Below, piece after piece: positions 40,974 through 51,441 of a stretch of 64,000 nt of DNA. The position numbers were made by a program, and so were the translations under genes. The first letter of the stretch is position 1; each line of letters opens with the position of its first letter. The stretch comes from an uncultured Acidobacteriota bacterium (lineage in GTDB: Bacteria; Acidobacteriota; JAQAZP01): positions 2,016,001 through 2,080,000 of the forward strand of contig CAWIIB010000001.1 in the NCBI GenBank assembly GCA_963836075.1, given 5' to 3'. The notes beneath the pieces are model-generated. The model saw nothing but the letters and a program-made list of their open reading frames with translations. It was not told the DNA's origin and did not search any database.

Positions 40974-41530
40974 GGGTCCGCTCGGGTCTCCACTTCGCCG
41001 GGCAGGCTGTCGATCCGCAGCAGGACCAGTTCACCCAGCTTCTCGGTGCTGACCAGGTAGTGCCGCTTCCGGATTCCGGCGGGGGTCACCGTGAACTGGT
41101 ATGCCGGGACCTGCTCCTGCCCCTCCCCCGATGCCGCCGTGTGGCCCACCAGCATCCTGATGGTGCAGCCCGAGCAGTGAACGGAGGCGCCGCAGCCACC
41201 CGGCTCACCGGCATTGACGCACTCCATCACGTTCCCTCCCCGCTGGCCATCCATCTGATCCATGGTTTTGCCAAATGAAGCGGCAGCTTCATCGTTGGCC
41301 GCCACCACCAGCCCCGCGGTGCCGTCCACCACCAGCACCGGGCCCTCCAGACGGCAGAGCAGCTTGTCCAGGGATATATCCTTGTAGTTTGAGAGGATGT
41401 GATCGCAGGCGGGACAAATACCGTGGGTCACCGGATACTTGTGGTATTCGGGTCGAGCCACCAGCCCCATCTCCCCACCGCACCAGGCACAGACCCGGCG
41501 AACGGTGTCCGGCCCCTTGGTATCCAGCAT
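40970..41530 (-). CDS. Cys-rich hypothetical protein: N-terminal Zn-ribbon plus PAS-like domain
   Basis: CAWC..THGICPAC; PVLVVD...VVAAN; G.VMEC..A...GCG...HC.GC.IR. Confidence 0.7.
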   Translation of the reverse strand: MLDTKGPDTVRRVCAWCGGEMGLVARPEYHKYPVTHGICPACDHILSNYKDISLDKLLCRLEGPVLVVDGTAGLVVAANDEAAASFGKTMDQMDGQRGGNVMECVNAGEPGGCGASVHCSGCTIRMLVGHTAASGEGQEQVPAYQFTVTPAGIRKRHYLVSTEKLGELVLLRIDSLPGEVETRADP

Positions 41531-41586
41531 TTTTGCACCTCATCCCGGGCACGGCCATCTCCCGTATCGTGGGTGCCGAGAGAACG

Positions 41587-42717
41587 TCAGCCCCCGGTAG
41601 GCCCCCCGGAGAGGATCTCCGCCATGGCGGGATCTTCGGTCAGTCGTCTGAGGATCAACTCGGCAACAAAGCGGTTGCCCTCCTCGTTGAAGTGGCCCGC
41701 CGCCGCCGGATAGTCCAGCTCCCCCTCGGGGATAAAGAGACCGGCCATACTGCTGAAGGGGCGGGAGCGGAACTCGGTCACCAGGTCGATCAGCGGCAGG
41801 CCGTGACGGTCCGCCTCCTGCCGAAAGAACCGGATCCACTCCTGGGGAGCCGCACCCCGCAGTTCATCGATCACCGGGAAGTAGACCAGCACCAGGCGGC
41901 TCGATTTCTCGCGGTTCAACTTCTCCATTTCAGTGATGATCAGGCTGAGCACCTCACGGGTGTTCACGTTCTGGTCAGTCACCCCCGTCTCGGCGGCCCT
42001 GCGGCCGGCACCGAGAGCGCCGGTCAGCAGCTGGGCCTTGCGCAGGCGCTTGAAGTTGTGCACGTTCTTGATCAGCCAGGAGAGGCGGTAGGTGCGCTGC
42101 GGCACCGGCACGTTCTTCACCACCAGTTCCTCTTCCTCGGTGATGACCAGAGGCTTGCCGTAGCCGATGAAGCTGTCGGACTGCATCCGCTGGAAGTCGT
42201 CGGTGATGAACGCCAGGATCTGCAGCTGGTGGTCGAGTTCCATCCCGTCACGCCGGTACCAGAGCCAGGCCTGGTCGATGCCGTAGCCCCCCTGGCCCAT
42301 GTTCACCGTCTCGATCACCGGGTCGAGGTCGGCCAGTTGACGGCACCAGGTGTGGTCGTTGCTCACACCGTAACCGAGGGTGAAGGAATCCCCGGAGCAG
42401 ATGATCCGGACCCTGCCCTCCGGCACCTCCGGAGCCACCTCCTGGTTGGCCCTGAACCCCTGTCCGTTGGTCCTGAGGTAGATGCCTTCGCCGTACATGT
42501 CCGGCAGGTGCAGGTCGGGGATGTTGACCCAGCCCAGGTCGGGGTCATAGCGGGTGTGACGCCGCTCGGCCAGGGATCGGGTGGCCAGGATATCACTGCC
42601 CAACAACATGTAGCTGGCCAACCCTTCGACCACCAGCAGCAAGAGGCACAATACCCCCAGGTTCACGGCGAGGATGCGAAGAATTTTATTCAGTTTTGAA
42701 GCCGGGGGGCCGCTCAC
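41587..42717 (-). CDS. SGNH/GDSL hydrolase-like membrane-anchored protein
   Basis: N-terminal TM; TNGQGFR, GDSFTLG, NMGQGGYG.DQ, GHFN.EGN. Confidence 0.82.
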   Translation of the reverse strand: MSGPPASKLNKILRILAVNLGVLCLLLLVVEGLASYMLLGSDILATRSLAERRHTRYDPDLGWVNIPDLHLPDMYGEGIYLRTNGQGFRANQEVAPEVPEGRVRIICSGDSFTLGYGVSNDHTWCRQLADLDPVIETVNMGQGGYGIDQAWLWYRRDGMELDHQLQILAFITDDFQRMQSDSFIGYGKPLVITEEEELVVKNVPVPQRTYRLSWLIKNVHNFKRLRKAQLLTGALGAGRRAAETGVTDQNVNTREVLSLIITEMEKLNREKSSRLVLVYFPVIDELRGAAPQEWIRFFRQEADRHGLPLIDLVTEFRSRPFSSMAGLFIPEGELDYPAAAGHFNEEGNRFVAELILRRLTEDPAMAEILSGGPTGG

Positions 42718-42869
42718 CAGTTTGCTCCGTTGTCCCGGACCGGCGGGCGGGGCGCCCCCGGTGCCACTGAAACCCGGGATTGTTCATTACCAGCACGGAC
42801 GATTCCCGGATCACGCCCTGGCCAGGCAAAAACATAAGTATACCAGTTCAGCGGGCAGAGCGGTTATGG

Positions 42870-42897
42870 AAAAACGCCCCCGGACAGCCGGGGGCGT
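42870..42897 (-). terminator. Intrinsic terminator downstream of the M1 peptidase gene
   Basis: 10-bp stem ACGCCCCCGG/CCGGGGGCGT, 4-nt loop, T5 on the minus strand. Confidence 0.8.
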
Positions 42898-42938
42898 AAG
42901 ACAATTCACTCATCTGGCGGCCACGGCTAGCGCTGTTG

Positions 42939-45700
42939 CTATCTCGGCGCAAAATCAGCGGCGGTAAATCGAGGTTTGGCCCCCGGGGCCACCGGTCCCG
43001 CCAGGGGCCGTTCCACGGCCTGCCTCCCGCGGCCGTCCAGCGGGAAACGTCCGCCGGCGAGGTTGGCCCCCAGGTCCATCCCGGGGATCGCCTCGAAGGC
43101 ATACTGCAGCTCGCCCTGTCCATCGGCGTTGATGGTGATCGACACCGCAACGGCCCCGATGCCCGGCTGGGGGCCTGGAGCGACGAGGATGTCGTCGGTG
43201 CCGTCGCCGTCCATGTCGGCGGATCCCACCCTGGCCCCGAACCCGGTGCCAAAGACAAAGAAACTGATCTCGTCGATGGGCGTCACCGCGGATCCGTCAT
43301 AGTTGAAACCGCGGATGTGACCGGGGAAGGTTGCGCTGGGGCCGGGCGCGGTGATGATCTCGTCCATCCCGTCGGCATCAATGTCGCCGCAGGTCACGTT
43401 CACTCCCCATCGCGGGGTGCCGTAGGCAAAGAAGCTCACCGCGGGGATCGGCACCGCCGGACCGCCGTCCACGTTCCACCCGCGGACGTGGGGACCGAAC
43501 ACCGGGCCCGGTCCGGCCCCGGTGACGATCTCGTCGAAGCCGTCACCATCCAGATCACCGGCGGCCACGTTCACGCCATACTTGAGCGTACCGTAGGCAA
43601 AATAGGAAACACCGGGCACCGGCACCACCGGGCCGGAGCCGTCGTAATCAAAGGCGCGGACGTGCGGCCCGAACACCGCCCCCGGTCCGGCGCCGGTGAG
43701 GATCTCGTCGAACCCGTCACCGTCGATGTCGCCGGCGCCGACATTGACGCCCCACTTCGGTGTTCCGTAGGCCAGGAAACTCAGGCCGGGAAGCGGCGTA
43801 CCGTCCACCTCGAAACCGCGGACGTGGGGGCCGAACACCGGCCCCGGCCCGGCGCCGGTGAGGATCTCGTCATAGCTGTCGCCATCCAGGTCACCGGCGG
43901 CCACGTTGGCCCCGTAGCGGGGAACGCCATACGGCGTGATCTCGGGCCCCAGGGGGGCTCCGTAGGCGTCAAAGGCCCGCGCCGCGGGCCGGTTGTCCGG
44001 ACCCGGCCCCGGAGCCACCACCACCCCGTTTTCGCTCTGGATCTTGCAAAGCACCTTCAGACCGGGGTCGAGGAAGATCCTCGTCGGCTCGGCAGGCACC
44101 ATGATGATGAAGGTTTCCGACTGCTGGTCCACCCGGACCGTGGTCTCCACGTCGCCGGCCGGGGTCCTGATCAGCAGGTCCAGCGGCATGTCGAAGAGCG
44201 GGGTCACCGCGTCCACATCCTGGATCTGCTCGATGGTGACATAGAGGTTGCCGGCGGAACTGGTCCAGTTGACCCGGTATTCGGGGTAGCCGGCCATATA
44301 AACCCACTGGTCGAAGAACCAGTCCCAATCCTCGCCGGTAACGTCTTCGATCACCTGCTGGAAGTCGGCGGTGGTGGCCGAGTCGTAACGGTAGCGGTCG
44401 GCCCATTCGCGGTAGATGTCGACAAAGGTCTCGTAGCCCACCTCGCTGCGAATCATGTGCAGAATCCAGGCGCCCTTGCGGTAGACCGTCCCCCCCACAT
44501 GTAGTCCGGGTCATAGATCGGGAAGCGCCCCTCGGAATACTCCTCGGACTGGAAGTAGTCCCAGCGGTTGTCGATCATCTGGAAACGGAAAGCCTCGTCA
44601 CCATAATAGTGCTCGGTGAACAGGGCGTCGAAATAGGTCGCGGCGCCCTCGTTGAGCCAGATGTCCATCCAGGTGCCGCAGGTCACCAGGTCGCCCCACC
44701 ACTGGTGGGCCAGTTCGTGGGCCACCACACTCTCATAGCTCCGTAGGCCATCCACCAGGTTCGGGCTCCAGGTGGTCATGGTCTCGTGTTCCATCGCCCC
44801 GCTGAACGGCGCCACCGCGTGGCCGTAGGTGTCGAACGGGTAAGGCTCGAACACGGTTTCGAAGAATTCGAACATCGCCGGCATGTTGGCCCAGTCGTAT
44901 GCCGCGTCGTCATAGTGGCTGGGGTAGACAAAGGACTTGATCGGGATGCCGCTTGGCGTGGTCTGCTCCAGAATCGCGTAGTCCGAGACGGCCAGTGATA
45001 TCAGGTAAGTAGGGACGGGATAGTCGAGGAAATAGCTGGTGGTACTGGTGCCGTCGCCGTTGTCCACAATCCCCTGAAGGTCGCCATTGGAGGCCACCAG
45101 CAGATCCGAGGGAGCGGTGATGTGACCACGGTACCAGTCGGCCTTGTCGCTGGGGATGTCCCGGCAGGGGAACCAGCCCCGGGCATCCTCCGGCTGAGAG
45201 TGAGTGTACACCGTGCCGCCATTGCTGCTGGTGAATCTCAACCCACTTGTCGGCATACCCTCATAGGAGACGGAAAACAGTCGTGATTCGCCGAGGCTCA
45301 TCGGTGACGACGGCGTGACCCGCAGTTCCTCGTTCTCATGGGTCCAGCTCACTGCCGTGCCGCCGTCTTCCACCACCCCGGTGACCGTGAGTCCGATCAA
45401 GTCGAGGGTGAACTGGGTGAGACCGGCCTCGGTGCTCTCCATTCCCACATCACACTGCGCATCGATGGTCCGGGTGTCAGGATCGAGAGCGATGGTCAGG
45501 GTATAGGAGATCACATCGTAGTTGTCGGTGGACCGGCTCTTCCAGTCCGCTGCCGCCCTGGCAAAAGCCGCCTTGCCCTGCTGGCAGGCCAGCGAACCAT
45601 CGACGCGCCGGGGAAGATCCCGCTGCTGCGCCATCAGGGGCCCGGCGGCCAGAAACCCGATAAGGAAGACGAAGAAGACCTTGCTGAGTTTGCGGTACAT
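42939..45700 (-). CDS. Secreted M1 family aminopeptidase with C-terminal module A; -1 frameshift in a G7 run (44490-44496)
   Basis: GAGGAG RBS; signal peptide; GAMEH, HELAHQWWG..WLNEG, then TVYRKGA..LHM in the next frame. Confidence 0.9.
43045..44025 (-). repeat. C-terminal module A, copy 5
   Basis: VVAPGPGPDNRPAAR...LGANLAGG, followed by a ~35-aa tail. Confidence 0.88.
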
Positions 45701-45943
45701 GACCACTCCTCCCCGAGATGCGGAAACCCCACTCCCGATGGTGGCGCGAATTGACGCCCCGCTTTTTTGTTCCTGACCTGCCCCCGGCCGGATGCCGCGG
45801 AGCGCATACCTGTATAAACGAAAATAGGGCGTCACAGTTCCCCATCTGAATGGTGGGATTATCCCCCGCTTTCGCGAGGGGATCGGGATCGGCCGGATGG
45901 AGTTGCCGGCGGCCGCCGAACCGGGTCCGGCGGCCGGCAGGAT

Positions 45944-46570
45944 CTAGAACGGGAGGAAGTTCTCTCCGTAAACCATTTTACCTCCCAAATGACCGACAAA
46001 GCCGATCAGTCCGGCGGCAGCGGCCATCATGGCCAGGTAGATCCAGCGCACGGTTCCGGTGAAATTCTTCCTCGCCCTGAACCGTGTGGCCAGCGCGACG
46101 AGACAGATGAAGAGAACCAGGAAGGCCAGGTTGCGGTGGGTTTCCACCGGATAGTAAATGCCGGCGGAAACGGTCATGGAATTGGCCCGCAGCAGCCCGG
46201 TGGAGAGGGCCGGCACAAAGGCCAGCACCCCGAGGGCCAGTGCCCAGAGCCCGGCGGCTTCCAATTCTCGGCGGCCGAGGACAAAGGCCAGCAGGTCCAG
46301 GAGCAGCACCAGGGTGATCCAGCCGATGGGAAAATGAACCAGGGCCGGGTGCAACCGCCCCGCCATTTCCGCCACCCCGGGCTCGGGATCGGCCTCGACG
46401 ATCTCGAAATCATCGAAACTCTCCAGTTCCTCGATCTCTTCCGTGCCGTCGTCCGATGCTTGCTGGGCCCCCACGGGCGCCGCCGGAGGTAACAGGACGG
46501 CCACAAGAACAAGAATGAGCAGAAGGGATACGCGGGGAAATACGTTGTGCAGCCGGCCCTGTTCGTTCAT
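45944..46570 (-). CDS. DUF2231-like membrane protein
   Basis: LHPALVHFPIG, H in TM3, GHLGG..VYG; GGAGGT RBS. Confidence 0.8.
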   Translation of the reverse strand: MNEQGRLHNVFPRVSLLLILVLVAVLLPPAAPVGAQQASDDGTEEIEELESFDDFEIVEADPEPGVAEMAGRLHPALVHFPIGWITLVLLLDLLAFVLGRRELEAAGLWALALGVLAFVPALSTGLLRANSMTVSAGIYYPVETHRNLAFLVLFICLVALATRFRARKNFTGTVRWIYLAMMAAAAGLIGFVGHLGGKMVYGENFLPF

Positions 46571-46589
46571 CGTTCGAACCTCCCGGTGG

Positions 46590-47003
46590 TCACTCCTCCA
46601 GATTGATCACGACCCGTCCATCCTCCAGCGACGTCTCGAAACGGTGCAGCGCTTTCTCCGCCGGCCCCTTGAGCACATTCCCCTCCAGATCGTATATCGA
46701 CCCGTGGCAGGGGCACTCGATCTTGTCGCTCCCCTCCTTGTGTTCCACCGTGCACTGCTTGTGGGTACAGGTGGGGTCGAACCCGCTGACCGAATCTTCA
46801 GCATCCCGGATGAACATCACCATCCGGCCCTTGAGCTTGATGGTCATGGACGAGCCCACGTCCTTGAGCTTCTCCAGCTTGTCCATGCCGATGGCCAGCT
46901 TGCCGGCACGGGCCGCCCTGGCCGGCCAGAACAGAACTGCCCCCAGGGCTGCGGCAATCGATTTCAATACCGTACGTCTCTTCATCTTGCGTAACTCCAT
47001 CAT
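46590..47003 (-). CDS. Rieske [2Fe-2S] protein with twin-arginine signal
   Basis: CTHKQC and CPCHGS; KRRTVLK..ARA; start could be 46985. Confidence 0.9.
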   Translation of the reverse strand: MMELRKMKRRTVLKSIAAALGAVLFWPARAARAGKLAIGMDKLEKLKDVGSSMTIKLKGRMVMFIRDAEDSVSGFDPTCTHKQCTVEHKEGSDKIECPCHGSIYDLEGNVLKGPAEKALHRFETSLEDGRVVINLEE

Positions 47004-47110
47004 TTCACACATTTCACGTCAAAGTTATCGAGAATAGAATCACACATCGTGGTCTCTATATCAAGTTCAAAATGTGTGGAGGAACAGGGTCCGGCCGGCC
47101 GCGTTCCGGA

Positions 47111-48103
47111 TCAGAAGCTGCCGCCGGCCACGTTTCCGCCGTGACCCAGCCCCAGATCTTCAAACGCATCGAAATCCATGGCGCCGGCGGAAGCCGATCC
47201 GCCATCCACGTTCCAGACCCGAAGCCGGGCCGGCTGGTCCGGGTCGGGGCCAGGCATGGTGAGGATCTCGTCGAAGCCATCGGCATCGAGGTCACCGCAG
47301 GAGATGTTGACCCCGTAAAGCGCACCGGGATAGGCAAAAAAGTTCACCCCGGGAATCGCTGCCGCGGCACCACCGTCAACGTCCCAGCCACGGACGTGGG
47401 CGCCGAAGATCTGACCGGGACCGGAGCCGGTGACGATCTCATCCATCCCGTCGCCATCGATGTCGCCGCAGGTGACGTTGACACCGTATTTGAGGGTGCC
47501 GTAGGCGAAGTAGCTCACCCCGGGGATCGACGCCGCGGCGCCGCCGTCCACGTTCCAGCCGCGGACGTGGGGACCGAACACCGCACCGGGGCCGGCACCG
47601 GTGATGATCTCGTCCGTCCCGTCACCGTCGATATCCCCGCACGAGACGTTGACACCGTATTTGAGGGTGCCGTAAGCAAAGTAGCTCACACCGGACACCG
47701 GCGAGACCGACCCGCCGTCACTGTTCCAGCCGCGCACGTGGGGACCGAAAACCGCACCGGGGCCCGCGCCGGTGACGATCTCGTCCATCCCGTCACCGTC
47801 GATGTCCCCGCAGGTGACATTGACCCCGAACTTGTTTGTGCCGTAAGCGAGAAAATTGACCGCCGAAACCGGGGAGCCGGCGGTGGAAAAGGCACGGACG
47901 TGGGGACCGAAAACCGCGCCAGGGCCCGCGCCGGTGACCAGTTCGGCCCGGCCGCTGCCGTCCAGGTCGCCGGCGGCCAGGTTCACACCCCAGGCAGGTG
48001 TGCCGTAAGCCAGCCACTGTGACAGGGGCTCCCCCGGCGCCTGGGCGCTGTACATCCGCACCAGCGGCGGGTTGGTGGAAGCATGACCGGGCCCGGTGGC
48101 CAC
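47111..48103 (-). repeat. C-terminal module A, copy 6
   Basis: VATGPGHASTNPPLVR...HGGNVAGG. Confidence 0.9.
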
Positions 48104-49531
48104 CATGGTCACATCCAGCGGCACCAGGGCGATGTCGCGGACAGTGGCCTCCTCCCAGATCACCGGGACGTTGTCCAGCGTCTGGGGCTCATACCCTTCT
48201 GCGCTGTACGTCACGGTGTATTCCCCGGTGTAGAGTGGCCGGACGTAGTTGCCATGGTCCGGGTCGCAGTGCACCGGAGTGGGCATGTCGATGCCCGAAA
48301 CGGTAATTTCAGCGGCCACCGGCCCGCCGGTGATCGCGTCGGTCACCGTGCCGGTAAGTCCCTTGCCGGCCAGGTCGATGTGGTAGAGCATCGACTCCCG
48401 GTTGTCGTCCCAGTAGTCGTCGATCTGGGAAGCCGGCGGCGATGAGGGGTCGGACAGTTCGATGATCACGTCGTAGTCGGCATACCAGTAGTAGTTCCAG
48501 TCCTGCATGCTGCCGTGGGTCATATACCACTCGACGCCCCGGGTCACACCGTCCTCGAAATAGGAACTGCTGTACATCGGCTCGTTGCGCGAGGCGTAGC
48601 CGAGGGCCATGTGGTAGAAGACCGTATCGTCCGGGCAGTAGTCCCAGGTGGAATCCCAGGGGTAGTTCACCACCGTGGCCCCGGTGTGGAAGTTGGCCGA
48701 GAGCACGAAGGTCTGCTCCAGCTGCCAGAGCATCACCAGCTGGGTCTCGGTGCCCCGGCCGTCGGGTTCGTTCACCGGGTCTTCGATGAAATCAGGGAAG
48801 TCACGGTTCAGGTCCCGGCCCTGGGCGTTGTAGCGCGAACCCGAGACATAGCCGTCGGGGTTCATCAGCGGCATGATAAAGATTTCGCGGTTGTCCACCA
48901 TGGCGGTGATGGCCGGGTCGGAGCCGTAGTTCGCCAGCAAATGCTCGATGAGGTTGAGCAGCAGCGGCACGCAGAGGGTCTCGTTCCCGTGCATCGCGCC
49001 GATATACTTGAATTCCGGCTCGGCTTCCTCGGTGCCGGCATTGTCGCTGATCTTCATCACCCAGAGGTCGCGGCCGTTGGTGGACTGGCCGATGCTGAAC
49101 AGGTCGCAGAGACCGGGATAGGAGGTTTCCATGTCCTGCAGCCAGGTCTCCATCTCACTGAAGGTGGGGTAACTGGTCCATTCTCGCCCGGGCTGGGGGA
49201 TGTAGCCCTGTTGCCCGAGGGTCTCCAGATACTCCCGGCTGTTGTCCACCATGGGGTAGACCGTGAAACCCCGGGCCAGCAGTTCCAGCCGTTCCCGGTC
49301 CACGAGATACGCTTCGGCATACTGCCCGGGACGGACCGTGGTGATATCGAGATCCATGGCCACCAGTGCACCAACATCGTTCTCGCCGCTCAACACGATG
49401 CGGAACAGGTCCGGATTTCCGGCAAACATCGCGGAGTCGACCCCGGCCGGCACGATGGCGGAAACCGTGGCAAAGAGGCAGATGAACAATACAATGGTAA
49501 ACCGGCTCAACGATTTCTGGTGCTGGCTCAA
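47111..49531 (-). CDS. Secreted M14 zinc carboxypeptidase (N/E-type, with regulatory-like domain) and C-terminal module A
   Basis: HGNE, NPDG, RYN....DLNR.FP, SANFH.G, GSMQDW.Y, IELS; G.V.DA.TG.PV.A domain; TTG start after GGGAG. Confidence 0.9.
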   Translation of the reverse strand: MSQHQKSLSRFTIVLFICLFATVSAIVPAGVDSAMFAGNPDLFRIVLSGENDVGALVAMDLDITTVRPGQYAEAYLVDRERLELLARGFTVYPMVDNSREYLETLGQQGYIPQPGREWTSYPTFSEMETWLQDMETSYPGLCDLFSIGQSTNGRDLWVMKISDNAGTEEAEPEFKYIGAMHGNETLCVPLLLNLIEHLLANYGSDPAITAMVDNREIFIMPLMNPDGYVSGSRYNAQGRDLNRDFPDFIEDPVNEPDGRGTETQLVMLWQLEQTFVLSANFHTGATVVNYPWDSTWDYCPDDTVFYHMALGYASRNEPMYSSSYFEDGVTRGVEWYMTHGSMQDWNYYWYADYDVIIELSDPSSPPASQIDDYWDDNRESMLYHIDLAGKGLTGTVTDAITGGPVAAEITVSGIDMPTPVHCDPDHGNYVRPLYTGEYTVTYSAEGYEPQTLDNVPVIWEEATVRDIALVPLDVTMVATGPGHASTNPPLVRMYSAQAPGEPLSQWLAYGTPAWGVNLAAGDLDGSGRAELVTGAGPGAVFGPHVRAFSTAGSPVSAVNFLAYGTNKFGVNVTCGDIDGDGMDEIVTGAGPGAVFGPHVRGWNSDGGSVSPVSGVSYFAYGTLKYGVNVSCGDIDGDGTDEIITGAGPGAVFGPHVRGWNVDGGAAASIPGVSYFAYGTLKYGVNVTCGDIDGDGMDEIVTGSGPGQIFGAHVRGWDVDGGAAAAIPGVNFFAYPGALYGVNISCGDLDADGFDEILTMPGPDPDQPARLRVWNVDGGSASAGAMDFDAFEDLGLGHGGNVAGGSF

Positions 49532-49646
49532 TCGATAACTCCCTGGTGCACCGCCAAACCGGCGGTAACTTCATACTGCGGCATCCCGGACCGTGGCGCC
49601 GGGTATTCTAGCAGGCCGGGCCATTGGGGCATAGAAGGAAATCGTC

Positions 49647-50420
49647 TCAGGAGCGGGGTTCCATAAGAAACCACCGCATGCGTCCGGGGCGGTCTTCGCT
49701 GATGCAGCGCAGCAGGTACTTCTTCCACAACGCCGCAAACAGTGTGGAGAGGGGAAAGGGGAAATCGTCCACCGTCCGCGCTCGGGAGCGAATCTCGGTG
49801 ATCTCGTGGCTTTTCTGGAACCGCTCGGTGAGCAGATCACCGATCTGCGGGAAGATGAAGTCATGCAGTTCCACCAGGATGTGGACCCTGGACAGTTCGG
49901 GGATCACATGGGGGTCGAGGAGCAGGCTCTCAGCCCCTTCGGCATCCATGAAAACGAGGCAGTTGGTGCTGCGGCTGAAACAGTTGGCGAAGGCGGGAAT
50001 ATCACACAGCCCATGGACGATGACCCGGGTCTGGACACCGTTCAACTGGGCCATTCTGCGGGAACACTGCTGTCCCCCCTCGTCCGACTCGAAGGCGATG
50101 ACACCCGCGCCGGGCATACACCGGGCCAGGCCCACCGCATAGTAGCCCTCTCCGGCCCCGACATTGACCACGTGATCCAGTTCCAGGGAGCAGAGTTTTT
50201 CAATGGCGGCGTGCAGTTCCTTCTCGTAGGTGCCCAGGATCTTGGGGTAATACTGGCTCCCCACACTGGCCCCGATGTAGGTCATGCCGGAAAACGGTCC
50301 CGAATGGACCTTGTACCCGGTTTCCCGCTGAATACGACGGTAGACAAAGTAACTGGGGTGCAGAGAACTGAACCGGGTCCGCAAGGGGTTTAGAATCCGC
50401 TGTTTGAAAAACGTGAGCAT
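49647..50420 (-). CDS. FkbM-like SAM-dependent methyltransferase
   Basis: GPF.GM.Y, LGTYE.EL, NVGAGEGYYAVG, MDAEGAE, VELH. Confidence 0.75.
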   Translation of the reverse strand: MLTFFKQRILNPLRTRFSSLHPSYFVYRRIQRETGYKVHSGPFSGMTYIGASVGSQYYPKILGTYEKELHAAIEKLCSLELDHVVNVGAGEGYYAVGLARCMPGAGVIAFESDEGGQQCSRRMAQLNGVQTRVIVHGLCDIPAFANCFSRSTNCLVFMDAEGAESLLLDPHVIPELSRVHILVELHDFIFPQIGDLLTERFQKSHEITEIRSRARTVDDFPFPLSTLFAALWKKYLLRCISEDRPGRMRWFLMEPRS

Positions 50421-50501
50421 GACCGTTCCTCGGACTGTTGCTGCTGGCGGCACACGGGCCGGACGAGCGCCATTATACGTAAACCGGCGGGAACTGAACA
50501 A

Positions 50502-51425
50502 TTACCCTGAACCGGCACGAGTTCGACCTAGTGTGGTGTCCCTCTCGAAAGGCTCGATGTGCACCACCACGTCCATCACCCCCGGCCCGTCCTCGATCAG
50601 CCGCCGTTTCACCGCGCCCGCAATCTCGTGCCCCTGCAGAACCGAGAGGTTCTCGTCCACCTGGACGTGGAGATCCACCTGGGTGCCGCCCCCGGAAAGC
50701 CGGGTGCGCAGTGCGTGGACATCAAGGACGCCTTCAATGCTCCGGCTCAGCTGCAGGATCAGCCGGCGGTCCTCGGAGGGTGCGCCGCGGTCGGTGAGCT
50801 CGCCAAAAGCGTTGAAGAGGATGCGCCAGGCAGCGTGGAGCAGGAAGACGGTGACCAGCAGGGCGGCAATCTGGTCCACGAACGACCAGCCGGGGAAGAA
50901 GATCGCCACCACCACGGCCAGGGCCACCGGGATGGAACTGAGCGCATCGCTGCGGTGGTGCCAGGCGTTGGCGGCCAGGGCCGACGATCCGGTCCGTTGG
51001 GCAGCGGCCCGGGTCCACTGGTAGAGCAGTTCCTTGAACAGAATGGAGATCGCGGCGCCGGCAAAAGCGACCCAGCCGGGGGTGGGCCCCGATGCGTCGT
51101 GAATGGAGGTCAGGGCCTGGTAACCGATGCCGAAGGCCGCCGTGGCGAGGAAGAGGCCGATGGCCGCACTGACCAGGGTCTCGATGCGGTGATGGCCGTA
51201 CGCGTGGTCGTCGTCGGCCGGGGCGGTCCATAATTTGACGCCGAGAAGCAGGGCCAGGTCGGTGCCCAGGTCGGAGAGGCTGTGCGCGGCGTCGGCCACC
51301 AGGGCCTGGCTGTGCCCCACCACACCGAGCACGAACTTCAAGCCGGCAAGGAGGATGTTCACCGCCATGCCCACCACCGTTACCCGGCGGATGGTTGCAC
51401 AGTTGCCTGACCTGTCTTCGCTCAT
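50502..51425 (-). CDS. Cation diffusion facilitator (FieF-like) transporter
   Basis: SQALVADAAHSLSD, H.YGH.RIE, ANAWHHRSD, VHIEP. Confidence 0.93.
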   Translation of the reverse strand: MSEDRSGNCATIRRVTVVGMAVNILLAGLKFVLGVVGHSQALVADAAHSLSDLGTDLALLLGVKLWTAPADDDHAYGHHRIETLVSAAIGLFLATAAFGIGYQALTSIHDASGPTPGWVAFAGAAISILFKELLYQWTRAAAQRTGSSALAANAWHHRSDALSSIPVALAVVVAIFFPGWSFVDQIAALLVTVFLLHAAWRILFNAFGELTDRGAPSEDRRLILQLSRSIEGVLDVHALRTRLSGGGTQVDLHVQVDENLSVLQGHEIAGAVKRRLIEDGPGVMDVVVHIEPFERDTTLGRTRAGSG

Positions 51426-51441
51426 GCCTGTCTGATCACCT

